From: a virus
Virus record (IMG/VR): IMGVR_UViG_3300033996_001430
Location: 1-64,000 of that record
Direction: 5' to 3' (one strand)
DNA: 64,000 nt
Shown in pieces: positions 47,752 through 57,740 of the stretch. Under the pieces are notes generated by a model, which saw only the letters and a list, made by a program, of their open reading frames with translations, searched no databases and had not been told where the DNA came from. A program made the position numbers and the translations under genes. Numbering within the stretch: position 1 is the first letter of the stretch; each line of letters starts with the position of its first letter.

Positions 47752-48882
47752 TTACACTTTTTTATATATCAATCTATAACCATCGTAAATTTTAACATTT
47801 AAGTCATTTACCGTATTTAGGTGTCTACCAGGTGAAAACCAATATTCAAAACCTTTTTTTATGTGACTTACTGAAGAATATATAAAATTATCACCATCGT
47901 AAAAAATAATACTTAACTCTCTATCAAAATCTATATTACTTGAAATGTAATATCTATTTTCATCTAAATCTATTCTTGAGTTAAAAACATTATTTTGTAA
48001 TGTTACAATTTCATTTGACAACTCACCTTTAGCCCCATGGAAAAATAATATGTCTCTTCTCTTTTCTTTACTAGGAACTCTAACATAAGATGTCACCTCT
48101 TTTTCATTCTCATAGTTTGATTCATAATATTCTTTAACATTATTAATATCATCAATGTTCATCTGTAAAAATGGTAATCTTTTGTTGTACTTGTATTTCC
48201 ACAATAAAACATTCATGGTTGTCTCATCACTAAATGGATAGTAAAACTTAATTTCTTCAAGATCCAAATTAAATGCAAACTCGTTTAACCAATCGTATTC
48301 TTTGAGGAATTGTTTACAATTTTTATTGTAAACCATTACCGATGTAACAGAATAATGCGTTCTATTTTTTACCGGTATGTGGTTCATTTTCATTAATGGA
48401 TATTCCAAAATATTTGTCTCATCAAAACCTCCATTGTGGAATGGATTACCTCTACCGTAATTTATTTGATATTCAAACAACCCCTGTTGGATTAACGGAT
48501 AATCCTCAACCTGATCAAAATATTTAAATAGTCCAGATATATCACCTGTAGGTACCATATCAGAATCAATGTAGATTGCCTGATCTAAATTAAGATGCTC
48601 TAACGTATGTAATACTACCTTACTTTTGAAGAACACTGACTTAAACATATTCTTGTTGGATACATCATTTTTGTTTCCAACAAAACTCATATTGTTTTCA
48701 ATACTTAATGATTCAACAGGAACCGTGGTTAAGTTTGGTATTTCAGAATTATATTTAAAATTAAGTGTGTATAAATAAAAATCTAAATTATTATGATATA
48801 GATTTAATGACTTAACTAAATTCAAAGAGTTCTGTAAATAATTCTCAGTACAATGAAGTATAATTGATATCCTATTTTCCAT
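47752..48882 (-). CDS. GT-A fold glycosyltransferase (GT8-like)
   Basis: YIDSD, DETTMNVLLW, FFHG. Confidence 0.65.
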   Translation of the reverse strand: MENRISIILHCTENYLQNSLNLVKSLNLYHNNLDFYLYTLNFKYNSEIPNLTTVPVESLSIENNMSFVGNKNDVSNKNMFKSVFFKSKVVLHTLEHLNLDQAIYIDSDMVPTGDISGLFKYFDQVEDYPLIQQGLFEYQINYGRGNPFHNGGFDETNILEYPLMKMNHIPVKNRTHYSVTSVMVYNKNCKQFLKEYDWLNEFAFNLDLEEIKFYYPFSDETTMNVLLWKYKYNKRLPFLQMNIDDINNVKEYYESNYENEKEVTSYVRVPSKEKRRDILFFHGAKGELSNEIVTLQNNVFNSRIDLDENRYYISSNIDFDRELSIIFYDGDNFIYSSVSHIKKGFEYWFSPGRHLNTVNDLNVKIYDGYRLIYKKV

Positions 48883-48885
48883 AAA

Positions 48886-49503
48886 CTATTTTTTAATGAA
48901 CCACCAACTGGCAAGAAACTCATCGGTTTTATTTACTTTATATCCGTTGTTAAGACAGAATTCATCCACTGCCGGGTTAACACCAAACATTCCTGTATAT
49001 GTTGACTTCTCAGGTTGTCCATCAGGGAAAGTATATAAAGGTTGATCCTTTTCAATTTGACCCTCATAAAAATAATCAGGTAAATAATCATGACCCATAA
49101 TCAAACCACCCGACTTAACCTTAGGGTACCATAATCTAATATCTTCTTTAACTGCCTGATATGTGTGGTTAGCATCAATATACACAAAATCTAATGATTT
49201 ATCCTCAATGAAATTACAAGCGTGTTCACCCTTCATTCTTAACATATAAGCACGATCTTCAAATCCCTTAATGTTATCCATAGCCTGAGAATATGCGTCA
49301 ATGTGTTCTCTATGGTTTGAGACATCATCATACTCCTGATGAGGTAATTCTCTCCATACATCAACCATCAATAAGGTTCCACCCCAATTGTTTAATATTG
49401 TGTTCGCAAATTGCCCTTTGAAGGATCCTAATTCAACACCAATTCCATTTAAGTTATGAAACTTAATGAAATCACCAATCTGTTCTCTATTCGTAAAATT
49501 CAT
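48886..49503 (-). CDS. Class I SAM methyltransferase (Methyltransf_24-like)
   Basis: GVELGSFKG, LDFVYIDANHTY..V..DI..W..KVKSGG...GHDY. Confidence 0.85.
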   Translation of the reverse strand: MNFTNREQIGDFIKFHNLNGIGVELGSFKGQFANTILNNWGGTLLMVDVWRELPHQEYDDVSNHREHIDAYSQAMDNIKGFEDRAYMLRMKGEHACNFIEDKSLDFVYIDANHTYQAVKEDIRLWYPKVKSGGLIMGHDYLPDYFYEGQIEKDQPLYTFPDGQPEKSTYTGMFGVNPAVDEFCLNNGYKVNKTDEFLASWWFIKK

Positions 49504-49531
49504 ATTCTATTACTTTCCATTTTATATAATT

Positions 49532-49771
49532 TCAAACTTCATTCTCTAATTGTTTTTTTCTTAGTTCATCTCGTTTAAATTTCAATTCTAAATCTAAAGA
49601 AGATCTAACAGACCAAATTAAATTATGATCAACTTTATTACGACACATTTGACCCTCAAAATTAAGTATCAAACTTCTTACACCAAAAGTTTGTTCATAT
49701 GTCTCACATGAATCAATTACTTTTCTTACCCATTTGTCTACGTCTCCGTAATGTTTACTTCTATTTTCCAT
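49532..49771 (-). CDS. Hypothetical protein
   Basis: ORF track. Confidence 0.6.
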   Translation of the reverse strand: MENRSKHYGDVDKWVRKVIDSCETYEQTFGVRSLILNFEGQMCRNKVDHNLIWSVRSSLDLELKFKRDELRKKQLENEV

Positions 49772-49777
49772 AATTTA

Positions 49778-50512
49778 TTAAATTTCCATTGTGGGTTTTA
49801 ACCACATTAATTTGTTTTCAAAAATATATCTTTTTAACGTTGGGTAATCGTTTAACATATCCAAAGTCAACATGGTGTCGTGTTTGAAACATTTCAACAA
49901 CTCCTCACGGATTCTTTCAGAAGAAACAACCTTCATCTTTGTTTCGTAATTGTAGTTGTTGATGTAGTAATCCAAGTGTTTCAAACTAAACCCTTTTGTG
50001 ATTGCAAATCTAATTGCTCTTAAGACACGAAGTGGATCATCATCAAATGTTTGTTTTGTTGGTAGTGGTGTACTTAAAACCATCTTCCCTAAATCCTTCA
50101 TTCCATCAAACAAATCTATAATCTCACCATCATCATCTTTTGCCATTGCGTTAACAGTGAAATCCCTACGTTCCAAATCATCTTTAAGGGTTCCTGGAAC
50201 AACGATAGGTGTTCTTGTACCTTCCACATACCCAATCTCTTTACGAGCCATTACAAAGTCTGCAACACCTTGATATTTGTGATCCTTAGGGAACTTAGCT
50301 CTAACAGTGAAACAATCAGGAGTTGAAAGAAATATCTCAAACTTTTCATTAGTAAGGAATGTCTCCAAAATAACAAACATTTCATGAGCACTTTTGTACT
50401 TTTCCAATAACGTATCACTTGGAACCGCAACATAGTCAACGTCTTTAGATTGAAGACCTAAGATCTCATCTCTAACTTTTCCACCTACCTCATAAATTTT
50501 AAATAAACTCAT
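49778..50512 (-). CDS. cca: tRNA nucleotidyltransferase (CCA-adding/poly(A) polymerase family)
   Basis: VGGKVRD..LG...KDVD, DLERRDFTVNAMA, DDPLRVLRAIRF, ERIREEL. Confidence 0.85.
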   Translation of the reverse strand: MSLFKIYEVGGKVRDEILGLQSKDVDYVAVPSDTLLEKYKSAHEMFVILETFLTNEKFEIFLSTPDCFTVRAKFPKDHKYQGVADFVMARKEIGYVEGTRTPIVVPGTLKDDLERRDFTVNAMAKDDDGEIIDLFDGMKDLGKMVLSTPLPTKQTFDDDPLRVLRAIRFAITKGFSLKHLDYYINNYNYETKMKVVSSERIREELLKCFKHDTMLTLDMLNDYPTLKRYIFENKLMWLKPTMEI

Positions 50513-50513
50513 A

Positions 50514-50777
50514 TTACTTAGTTTCAATTATTGTGTACGTTCCTTCTATCAAACCCAAAGACGATTCTTCCTGAAATGTATATGTTTGACAAGAGTCCTT
50601 TGATGTCATTGGTCTTGTTAAATACCAAAGCTGAGTTTCTTTCCAAGTAATATTAACCAACTTTTGTCCTTTTGGTAATCTAAGGGTTCCATCCCCTCCA
50701 AAGTTTCTAACTCTTGAATTTTCTGTACAAGATGTTATCATAACACCCATTAAAATTGCTAAAAAAACTTTTTTCAT
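50514..50777 (-). CDS. Lipoprotein
   Basis: MITSC lipobox; LPKGQKLVNITWK. Confidence 0.7.
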   Translation of the reverse strand: MKKVFLAILMGVMITSCTENSRVRNFGGDGTLRLPKGQKLVNITWKETQLWYLTRPMTSKDSCQTYTFQEESSLGLIEGTYTIIETK

Positions 50778-50781
50778 TTTA

Positions 50782-51027
50782 CTATTTTTTATTTAAAGAT
50801 TTGTTAATTAAAGTATATGGTGGACTAATTCTTACCTGAGACCCGTCACTATTAAAGTAATATGCGGTATCACCATCAAAACTAATTGTGTCCGTTAACC
50901 ATATCGCATCTCTCATTTGGTTTGAACCTGAAGTAGAAACATTAACTTTACCATGAATTTCATACTTATATTCTTTCATGGTACAGGAAGTTATACCCAA
51001 TAACATAATAAACATTAATTTTTTCAT
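50782..51027 (-). CDS. Lipoprotein
   Basis: GITSC lipobox. Confidence 0.65.
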   Translation of the reverse strand: MKKLMFIMLLGITSCTMKEYKYEIHGKVNVSTSGSNQMRDAIWLTDTISFDGDTAYYFNSDGSQVRISPPYTLINKSLNKK

Positions 51028-51032
51028 AAATT

Positions 51033-51257
51033 TTATTCTTTGATTTTTTCGTGTTTTTCTTTAAACTTATTAAACAACTCAATTAACTCATCAAAGGAAT
51101 CAAACGACCATCTTTCTGTTTCAATTACAAAGAAGTCACCACCACCACCGTTATCAGTTTTGATTGTTAAGAATTGATCTTCCGTACTAAGGCAGTCCGA
51201 ATCTTGCGCAAACGTGAGTTTAAACTCCTGACTCAATATTTCAGCTTTTTTCACCAT
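51033..51257 (-). CDS. Hypothetical protein
   Basis: TATCTTTG upstream; GGGDFFVIETERWS. Confidence 0.65.
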   Translation of the reverse strand: MVKKAEILSQEFKLTFAQDSDCLSTEDQFLTIKTDNGGGGDFFVIETERWSFDSFDELIELFNKFKEKHEKIKE

Positions 51258-51288
51258 ATCTTATTTTTATCAAAGATATGAATTATTT

Positions 51289-51591
51289 TTAGATAAACCT
51301 AATACTACCTTCAAAATTTTCAACCTCACATACACCTTCATCAATAGATAATATTCTATCAATATCCTCAGGGGTTAGTTTCAACTTATCTGGTCTTGCA
51401 TGGATCTTAAAACTTTTTGTTAAGGTTAATTTTGGATCCTTAATCAAATTTAATACTGTTTCGTTTTCACACTTAACAATCATTGGATATTGTCCGTTTA
51501 CCGTTACAATAGCGTCATCCCCAACAAAAATTTCTTCCGTTGATCCAAGATAAGGTTTCTCATCAATTACAAATAATTTTACTCTACTCAT
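51289..51591 (-). CDS. Hypothetical protein
   Basis: Start at MSRVK. Confidence 0.6.
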   Translation of the reverse strand: MSRVKLFVIDEKPYLGSTEEIFVGDDAIVTVNGQYPMIVKCENETVLNLIKDPKLTLTKSFKIHARPDKLKLTPEDIDRILSIDEGVCEVENFEGSIRFI

Positions 51592-51895
51592 TTTTTTTTC
51601 TGTTATATATATGATTATGATTCCAATTACCACACTGATCACAAGATTCGTAATCCGTTGAATTCTCAACATCATACTCAAACTCATCTCCATGATTGAG
51701 AATCAAATGAACAATCTCTGTCCAATCATTCATACTTAATTTATTTTTTATTGATCTTAGGTTATCAATCAATTTATCCTGCAAATCATTTATTATCTCA
51801 GGACTCCTATTGTCGTACTCATGGATAAATAATGATTCATCATCTATCTCAACATCAACACCAAAACAATTTTCACTTAAACCAATCTTATTCAT
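51584..51895 (-). CDS. Hypothetical protein with CxxC
   Basis: CDQCG. Confidence 0.6.
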   Translation of the reverse strand: MNKIGLSENCFGVDVEIDDESLFIHEYDNRSPEIINDLQDKLIDNLRSIKNKLSMNDWTEIVHLILNHGDEFEYDVENSTDYESCDQCGNWNHNHIYNRKKNE

Positions 51896-52206
51896 ATCCT
51901 TAAATCATTTTTTGCGTTCATATCCATAATATAATTCTTTAAATTTTTAATTAAAGATTCAGAATCACATTTTTCGTACATACCAGGATATCTTTTTGAT
52001 AATTCGTTTGTTTCCTCCATGTCACGACAACTTGTTAATATATCCAATAACATAGATCTTAACATATGTTCTTTATCGTATGAATCCTCAATCTTCCTTT
52101 GAAGTACCTCGTCTTCAAGTTCTCTTGTGTACTCAACAAGTTCTTGAACTTCAGGTTCATCCATTAGATGTTTATTATTTCTGAATATTTGATTTATGTT
52201 CTTCAT
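51892..52206 (-). CDS. Hypothetical protein
   Basis: Start at MKNIN. Confidence 0.6.
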   Translation of the reverse strand: MKNINQIFRNNKHLMDEPEVQELVEYTRELEDEVLQRKIEDSYDKEHMLRSMLLDILTSCRDMEETNELSKRYPGMYEKCDSESLIKNLKNYIMDMNAKNDLRI

Positions 52207-52561
52207 AATGTTTATTACATAATGTTCTATACCAACCAATATCTGTTCTCATATCTCCCTTTTCCCCACAGGTTTCACAAATCTCATAACTTTGATTTTC
52301 AGCCAATGTTATTCTTTTAAAAATTTCATCAGATCCGGCATTGATGTAAAATCTTAACCCACCAAACTTTTCTTTAACCTGACATAATTGTTTGTCCCAA
52401 CCAAGTTTTATTAGATCTTCAATCAGTTCTTTAATCAATGGGTACCATCCACTATCAACATCAAACACCTCGCAGTGTTTAATAGTTGGTCTGTCTGAGT
52501 AATACCCATTCTCAAGCCCGCCTATAGATTCAAGAAATTCATTCATTTCATCTTTACTCAT
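52175..52561 (-). CDS. Conserved phage protein
   Basis: GW..LI...QVKEKFGGLRFY...CETCG...W..TLC. Confidence 0.7.
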   Translation of the reverse strand: MSKDEMNEFLESIGGLENGYYSDRPTIKHCEVFDVDSGWYPLIKELIEDLIKLGWDKQLCQVKEKFGGLRFYINAGSDEIFKRITLAENQSYEICETCGEKGDMRTDIGWYRTLCNKHYEEHKSNIQK

Positions 52562-53138
52562 CTCTCAGAAACTTTAATATTTTTTCTTTAATACTTAATT
52601 GTTTAATACCTTCACTACTTTTTGGAGTTAAAACAAAATTATCAATTCCCCAGTTTTTCCAGTCCTCACCATTCTTACCCATATTAAGATCGTCAACCGC
52701 AACCCAATGTGTTACTTCAGGGTGATCGTGTAGGTATTGGGTAATCTCAATAACACGAGTCATTTCCAAATTCCATCTTGGTGACCAAACCCAAACTTGA
52801 TCGTTATACCAAGTACACTGACCAAGATTAGTAGTTACCGCAATTGGTCGTTTGATGATCCCCTGACTTTCGTAGTAGTCACCAAGTTCTTCAAGAGTTG
52901 CGTGTAATTTCCAATCAGACGATACAACAATTTCAGCACCTGTCTCTTCAAGGATCTCATTAAGGATTTTAACCGCTTTCTTATCAAAGTCATCAAATCT
53001 TACAGATACCGGAGCATCTTTACGTTCCTTACTTGAATCAGGATTTGCTGAACGATATTTCGCCCATTTCTTTGTTCGTCCACCCCAATTGTTGGAGAGA
53101 CAAATTACACCATCGTTATCTAGAACTAATACTTTCAT
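52554..53138 (-). CDS. HAD phosphatase, RNA-repair ('Swiss Army Knife') type
   Basis: LDNDGV, IVVSSDW, EI..YL, VAVDD. Confidence 0.7.
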   Translation of the reverse strand: MKVLVLDNDGVICLSNNWGGRTKKWAKYRSANPDSSKERKDAPVSVRFDDFDKKAVKILNEILEETGAEIVVSSDWKLHATLEELGDYYESQGIIKRPIAVTTNLGQCTWYNDQVWVWSPRWNLEMTRVIEITQYLHDHPEVTHWVAVDDLNMGKNGEDWKNWGIDNFVLTPKSSEGIKQLSIKEKILKFLRDE

Positions 53139-53140
53139 AA

Positions 53141-53416
53141 TTACATTATTGATCCTTTAATTTTAAAAACATATTCAATCCATTCTTCAATTATCTCATA
53201 TAAGTCATCTAACATTTCATCATCAATGTTTAACGCTTTACATATTGGTTGAACAAAATTTTTATATTCCAAATATATAACCTTTTCTTTTATGTTAAAT
53301 CTAAAATAAATCTCACCTTCTTTATGATAACAAAGATTTTTTGGACTACACACTAATTCACCATAATGTGTATCTAAAAAATTTAAAATAACAAATATTT
53401 TATTTTCTCCTATCAT
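53141..53416 (-). CDS. Hypothetical protein, possibly related to the N-terminal domain of 44337..46235
   Basis: Similar size and pattern (...KEKVIYLEY...IIEEWIEYVF vs ...KEKTLWYNY...YITEWFESRF). Confidence 0.6.
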   Translation of the reverse strand: MIGENKIFVILNFLDTHYGELVCSPKNLCYHKEGEIYFRFNIKEKVIYLEYKNFVQPICKALNIDDEMLDDLYEIIEEWIEYVFKIKGSIM

Positions 53417-53588
53417 TTATAAACTTATTAAATGGATGGTCCTTATCTTTATTAATTTTCCCCATAAAAACAGAGATTATTATGATTAACAAAAAAAGTA
53501 TAAGTCCTACCATATTGCAAATATAGTGAATTAATTCCAAATAAAAAACCCCACCTGGTAAGATGGGGTTTAAAAATGTGTTAATATT

Positions 53589-55085
53589 TTACTTTTTACC
53601 ACATATTTTCTTAACATCTTCGTCATTGATGGTTTTGTTCTTTGTTTTTTCTTCTAATGCCTTTTCCGTTTCTTCTCCGAACTTACCATCAACACCAACA
53701 CCTAAACATTTTTGTAATTGCACTATTCTTGGTCCTTTACATCCTTTATGATATTCACCATTACAATTCACATACTCACTTTTTCCTGTCCCGTCATTAC
53801 CACCACCTGATGAACTTGGATCACATTTCCAATCAGAGTTTTTATAATCTTCCACAGATTTATGACCACATTTTTTAGCCTTTACTAATAAATCTTCTGA
53901 TTGTAAAACGTTACATTTAGGATCGTTAGGTATTTTTTTACAATATTTTTTTAAATTCTCAGCACATTCTTCAACGTGATCTTTACAATATTCTTCAGAT
54001 TCAGTTTGTGCGTATTTTTTAGTCATATCAACTAATGGTTCAGCAATGCCTTCCCAACCATAATCAAAATCACCATTTAACGCCTCTAACAAAGATTCTC
54101 CAAATGTATTTTCATATTTTTCACCTACCGCACAAAAATCACCAGGACTTTTAAATGATTTGAATACACCGTAAACCGCTTCTTCATCTGTACCCAAACC
54201 TTCCATGGCATGATATAATATCCCTGAATTCTTTTTAACCTCTGTATCACTCATATATCTTTTCCACTTATCCTTGTCACTACTTGATTGACAAATATCA
54301 AATAATTTTTCAACCATACCCATTTTATCGTCTTTTGTGTACGCCCAAACACCTAAAGCCGCGATACTCGCAACACCAATTATTGCCCAACCAACAGGAC
54401 CTAAACCTAAAAAAGTAGCCGCAGCCGCTGCCGCTTCACCACCACCAACCGCAGCGGCCGCTCCTGCCCCTACCGCGACCTCAGTACCTACCACCGCCGC
54501 AGCTTCCGCTCCTCCTACCACCGCCGCAGCTTCCGCTCCTCCTACTACTGCCGCGGTTTCCGCTCCTCCTACTACCGCCGCAGTTTCCGCACCTACCGCC
54601 GCAGCTTCTGCTCCTACCGCAGCTTCCGCTCCTACCGCAGCTTCCGCTCCCGCAACTTCAGCACCTACCGCAGATTCGGCTCCTGCAACTTCAGCACTTG
54701 ACGCAGCATTTTTTCCTATACCTGTGACTGATTTTACTACTTTACCTCCTCCAACAGTGTTTGTTGCAGTTTGAACGTTTTTATTAGACGCAACATCTTT
54801 TACCGCATCAATAACCTTTTCAGGTTTATTAATCCATTTTGAACCTTTAGGTGTTTTTCCTTTATCAACGGCAGAATCAAAAATATCACCATCTGGTGTC
54901 CTAAATCTTCTTGGTTTACCATCTGAAGTCCCATAAATATTAGTACCGGAATCACTATCTAAACTTTTTAATATATCAGCATAACCTTCATAACCTTCTT
55001 GTTCATTTAATGTCTTAGAACGATCGTAACCCATAAGGTTTTTAATCCTATTTAACTCCTCAAGTATAAGTTTTTTATCTTTCAT
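53589..55085 (-). CDS. Leader + Ala/Gly repeat + TM helix + annexin-like repeat + PG-binding domain
   Basis: (GAEAAV)n; GLGPVGWAIIGV; AMEGLGTDEEAV...YENTFGESLLEAL; LQKCLGVGVDGKFG..T. Confidence 0.75.
   Translation of the reverse strand: MKDKKLILEELNRIKNLMGYDRSKTLNEQEGYEGYADILKSLDSDSGTNIYGTSDGKPRRFRTPDGDIFDSAVDKGKTPKGSKWINKPEKVIDAVKDVASNKNVQTATNTVGGGKVVKSVTGIGKNAASSAEVAGAESAVGAEVAGAEAAVGAEAAVGAEAAAVGAETAAVVGGAETAAVVGGAEAAAVVGGAEAAAVVGTEVAVGAGAAAAVGGGEAAAAAATFLGLGPVGWAIIGVASIAALGVWAYTKDDKMGMVEKLFDICQSSSDKDKWKRYMSDTEVKKNSGILYHAMEGLGTDEEAVYGVFKSFKSPGDFCAVGEKYENTFGESLLEALNGDFDYGWEGIAEPLVDMTKKYAQTESEEYCKDHVEECAENLKKYCKKIPNDPKCNVLQSEDLLVKAKKCGHKSVEDYKNSDWKCDPSSSGGGNDGTGKSEYVNCNGEYHKGCKGPRIVQLQKCLGVGVDGKFGEETEKALEEKTKNKTINDEDVKKICGKK
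54420..54695. repeat. GC-rich coding tandem repeat (Ala/Gly/Glu/Val)
   Basis: Repeated CCGCAGCTTCCGCTCCT units of 18-27 nt. Confidence 0.8.
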
Positions 55086-55157
55086 AAAATGTTTTTAATA
55101 TAAATATGTGATAAAATAGAAACCCCCATCAAAATGAAGGGGGTTTTATAATTTGTT

Positions 55158-55349
55158 TTACCATTTACTCACATCTGTAAGATCTAAAGTTGCATTTGCT
55201 AATTTACTATAGACCTCTACTATTTGTCCAATACCATTTGAGGTGAATTTATATTCATACTGACCATATTCACCGTAGATAACCTTTATGTGTTCTTTCC
55301 ACTCATCCAATTTTTTAACCTGATCATCATCTAATGTAAATGTTTTCAT
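55158..55349 (-). CDS. Hypothetical protein
   Basis: ORF track. Confidence 0.6.
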   Translation of the reverse strand: MKTFTLDDDQVKKLDEWKEHIKVIYGEYGQYEYKFTSNGIGQIVEVYSKLANATLDLTDVSKW

Positions 55350-55360
55350 ATTATATTTTT

Positions 55361-56356
55361 TTAAATTGGTAAATCATCACCAACCTCAATAGGGTTTCTT
55401 GGTCTTAATGTCTGTAATCTTTGTCTTAAATATTCTAACCCTTCATCTTGAATAATGCCCAGGTCATTGGTTCTTTCTTGTACATGATTTATTATCCCCT
55501 CCCCCATCATTTCTACCGGTATTGGTTCTTCACGACCAACCATTTCTTCTTCCGGCTCCTCATACCCACGATATTTTTTTAACTTTTCCAATTCACTTTC
55601 ACTAAATAACTTATAGTTAAAATTTTTATCTTTAACATCAGATTTTATTTCACTAAACAACTTATGTAATAATTCAAACGGAAGTCCTGTCTCCATTGAA
55701 TCTATTCTATCATCTTTTTGATCGTAGATATGAATTTGTTGTTTACCATGGAAAAACCCAAATTTAAAATTATTTATTTTATCAATTACATATACAAGTA
55801 CTCCATCTCTTGAGTGATTATAAAAGTAACTAGGGTCATGAACTGAAGCAGTACACCATTTTGTTTGATACCCATAAGATACAGATGCTTCATATGTTAA
55901 TGGTTTAATACATAAATATTGATCATCCTCATAAACAACTTTTACTTCTTTTTTTGCCTTTTTAAATAGATCACGATTCTTAGCCATATACACCTCACTT
56001 GAGACCATATCCCAACTATCGTATTTACTAATGTCTTTTTCATTAGTTAAACCTCTCTCCATATAGTCACAAAACTCAACAAATAAATTCATCTCATCCC
56101 AACCATACAGGTGTCCAATCAATCTCTTTGTCATCCAACTATCAAAACTATTATCACCTAAAACCTCATCAAGTTTTCTTTCTCTTGGTGACGCTTCTTT
56201 AAGTACATATTTCGAATCGTTGTTAAAACTTTTTATAAGTATTTTAACCAAAAATTGAGTGTATTTTTTAGTACTACTAGTATCTAGTTTACCCATCAAA
56301 TCAATTAAACTAATATTAACTAATTCGTTTTCTTTTTTAATTTTTTTAATTCCCAT
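55361..56356 (-). CDS. Conserved large-phage protein (PLTxEASxxYGxxTKWC motif)
   Basis: KPLTYEASVSYGYQTKWCTAS. Confidence 0.7.
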   Translation of the reverse strand: MGIKKIKKENELVNISLIDLMGKLDTSSTKKYTQFLVKILIKSFNNDSKYVLKEASPRERKLDEVLGDNSFDSWMTKRLIGHLYGWDEMNLFVEFCDYMERGLTNEKDISKYDSWDMVSSEVYMAKNRDLFKKAKKEVKVVYEDDQYLCIKPLTYEASVSYGYQTKWCTASVHDPSYFYNHSRDGVLVYVIDKINNFKFGFFHGKQQIHIYDQKDDRIDSMETGLPFELLHKLFSEIKSDVKDKNFNYKLFSESELEKLKKYRGYEEPEEEMVGREEPIPVEMMGEGIINHVQERTNDLGIIQDEGLEYLRQRLQTLRPRNPIEVGDDLPI

Positions 56357-56546
56357 TTTCTATATTTTTTTCTTCTAATGATGTTCCAAGTATATATAAT
56401 TCAAAAACTATTGTTATTACAATTTGAAAGAATCCACTGAATAACCACCAATTAAGTGGATTGTAATCTTTTTCAATCCATATCATAATGGCGTAAAATA
56501 AAAGGTTCTTTGAAAAGAATGCAAACGTGTTTAACTCCTGTTTCAT
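56346..56546 (-). CDS. Small membrane protein
   Basis: Hydrophobic segments. Confidence 0.55.
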   Translation of the reverse strand: MKQELNTFAFFSKNLLFYAIMIWIEKDYNPLNWWLFSGFFQIVITIVFELYILGTSLEEKNIENGN

Positions 56547-56818
56547 TATAAAGGTAATCTATCTGCAATTTTCTTAATCAATTCTTCCTCTTCGTTTGTT
56601 AATTGATGATATGAGTTCCATATCTTGGTTAAGTTGTCTCTCAACTCTTCTTCACCTGGCGATTCTTGTTCTCCTCTAACTACTTTACGTATATTAGGAT
56701 TTATATGTTCATCTAAAATACCATCATCATATAACAATTCCGCCATACCCATTTTATCTTGACGATCCATTTCGTCATAGATATCATCTAAATCAATATT
56801 AACATTTATCCAAGCCAT
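56546..56818 (-). CDS. Hypothetical protein
   Basis: ORF track. Confidence 0.65.
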   Translation of the reverse strand: MAWINVNIDLDDIYDEMDRQDKMGMAELLYDDGILDEHINPNIRKVVRGEQESPGEEELRDNLTKIWNSYHQLTNEEEELIKKIADRLPL

Positions 56819-56845
56819 CTGTTATTTTTTTAATAATAAGTAAAA

Positions 56846-57568
56846 TTATTCATACTTCCAAATAAATCCGCCCGATTTTTTTGTTTTATTTGATAAATTA
56901 GATTTAATATCACCTTTAATATTATTGTCCTTCATCCAATTAAAGGCATCAGTCATACAATCATATTTTTTTAAAAAATTACCATCTAAATCAAATTGTA
57001 GAACACATTTACCATTTCTCTTTTTTGACTCCGATCGTTTTTTTATTAAATCATCACTTTGTTTTACACCTTTTAAAGGGCTTACATATCCCTCAGGAAT
57101 GTTTTTAGGTGTTCCCTTTCTTAACCTATTTCTTTCCGATAAATCTGGTCTTGGTATGCCTATTTTAGATAATGCGGTTTTTGGATTTGGTTTTCCTTTA
57201 TTATGAGCAGGACGACCTTTGTATTTTTTTGAGATTAACTTTGAGAACTCGTTTCGGATCCTTTGGTATTGTCTTGAGTTTACTTTATATCTCATACCAT
57301 TCCTATCTTGGTTACACATACCCCATAACGCAAATTTCAATTTGTATTCATCAGGATGTATCTCACAAAGTAATAAATGAGCAATAAAATGTTCCTTTGC
57401 TGTTAATAATACAATGTTTGGGTGTGTTTTCCACTCTACAGTTTTTCCTTCACCACCCAAACATTTTGGGATTATGTGGTGTGATTCATAGTATACCCCA
57501 CAATTTTTAATTCTATTTTCACTCTTCGCCCTCAGGATTATCTGGTCGTACACTTTTTTGTAGTTCAT
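56846..57568 (-). CDS. HNH homing endonuclease with NUMOD motifs
   Basis: YESHHIIPKCLGG...NIVLLTAKEHFIAHLLL; VLQFDLDGNFLK...GFIWKY; start moved to MNYKK. Confidence 0.85.
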   Translation of the reverse strand: MNYKKVYDQIILRAKSENRIKNCGVYYESHHIIPKCLGGEGKTVEWKTHPNIVLLTAKEHFIAHLLLCEIHPDEYKLKFALWGMCNQDRNGMRYKVNSRQYQRIRNEFSKLISKKYKGRPAHNKGKPNPKTALSKIGIPRPDLSERNRLRKGTPKNIPEGYVSPLKGVKQSDDLIKKRSESKKRNGKCVLQFDLDGNFLKKYDCMTDAFNWMKDNNIKGDIKSNLSNKTKKSGGFIWKYE

Positions 57569-57689
57569 AATATTTCTCCATAGCAATTTTATTTATTCGT
57601 TCTTTGTTACGATGGTAATACTGATTAGCCCATTTTTTTTGAGCCTCTTTTTTCTCCTCTTCCGTTTTGTATTTTTTTAATCGTCCCAT
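57519..57689 (-). CDS. 56-aa basic protein overlapping the HNH start (not in ORF track)
   Basis: MGRLKKYKTEEEKKEAQKKWANQYYHRNKERINK...; TATTTAT directly upstream. Confidence 0.55.
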   Translation of the reverse strand: MGRLKKYKTEEEKKEAQKKWANQYYHRNKERINKIAMEKYYELQKSVRPDNPEGEE

Positions 57690-57740
57690 ATAATATAAAT
57701 ATATTACTAATAGAAAAAAACTAATATAAATTAATATATT

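Noticed and set aside
54337-54774. + strand Ala/Pro/Thr-rich ORF (and similarly 62463..62882, 33724..34164)
   Set aside because: Antisense shadows of low-complexity GC-rich coding repeats.
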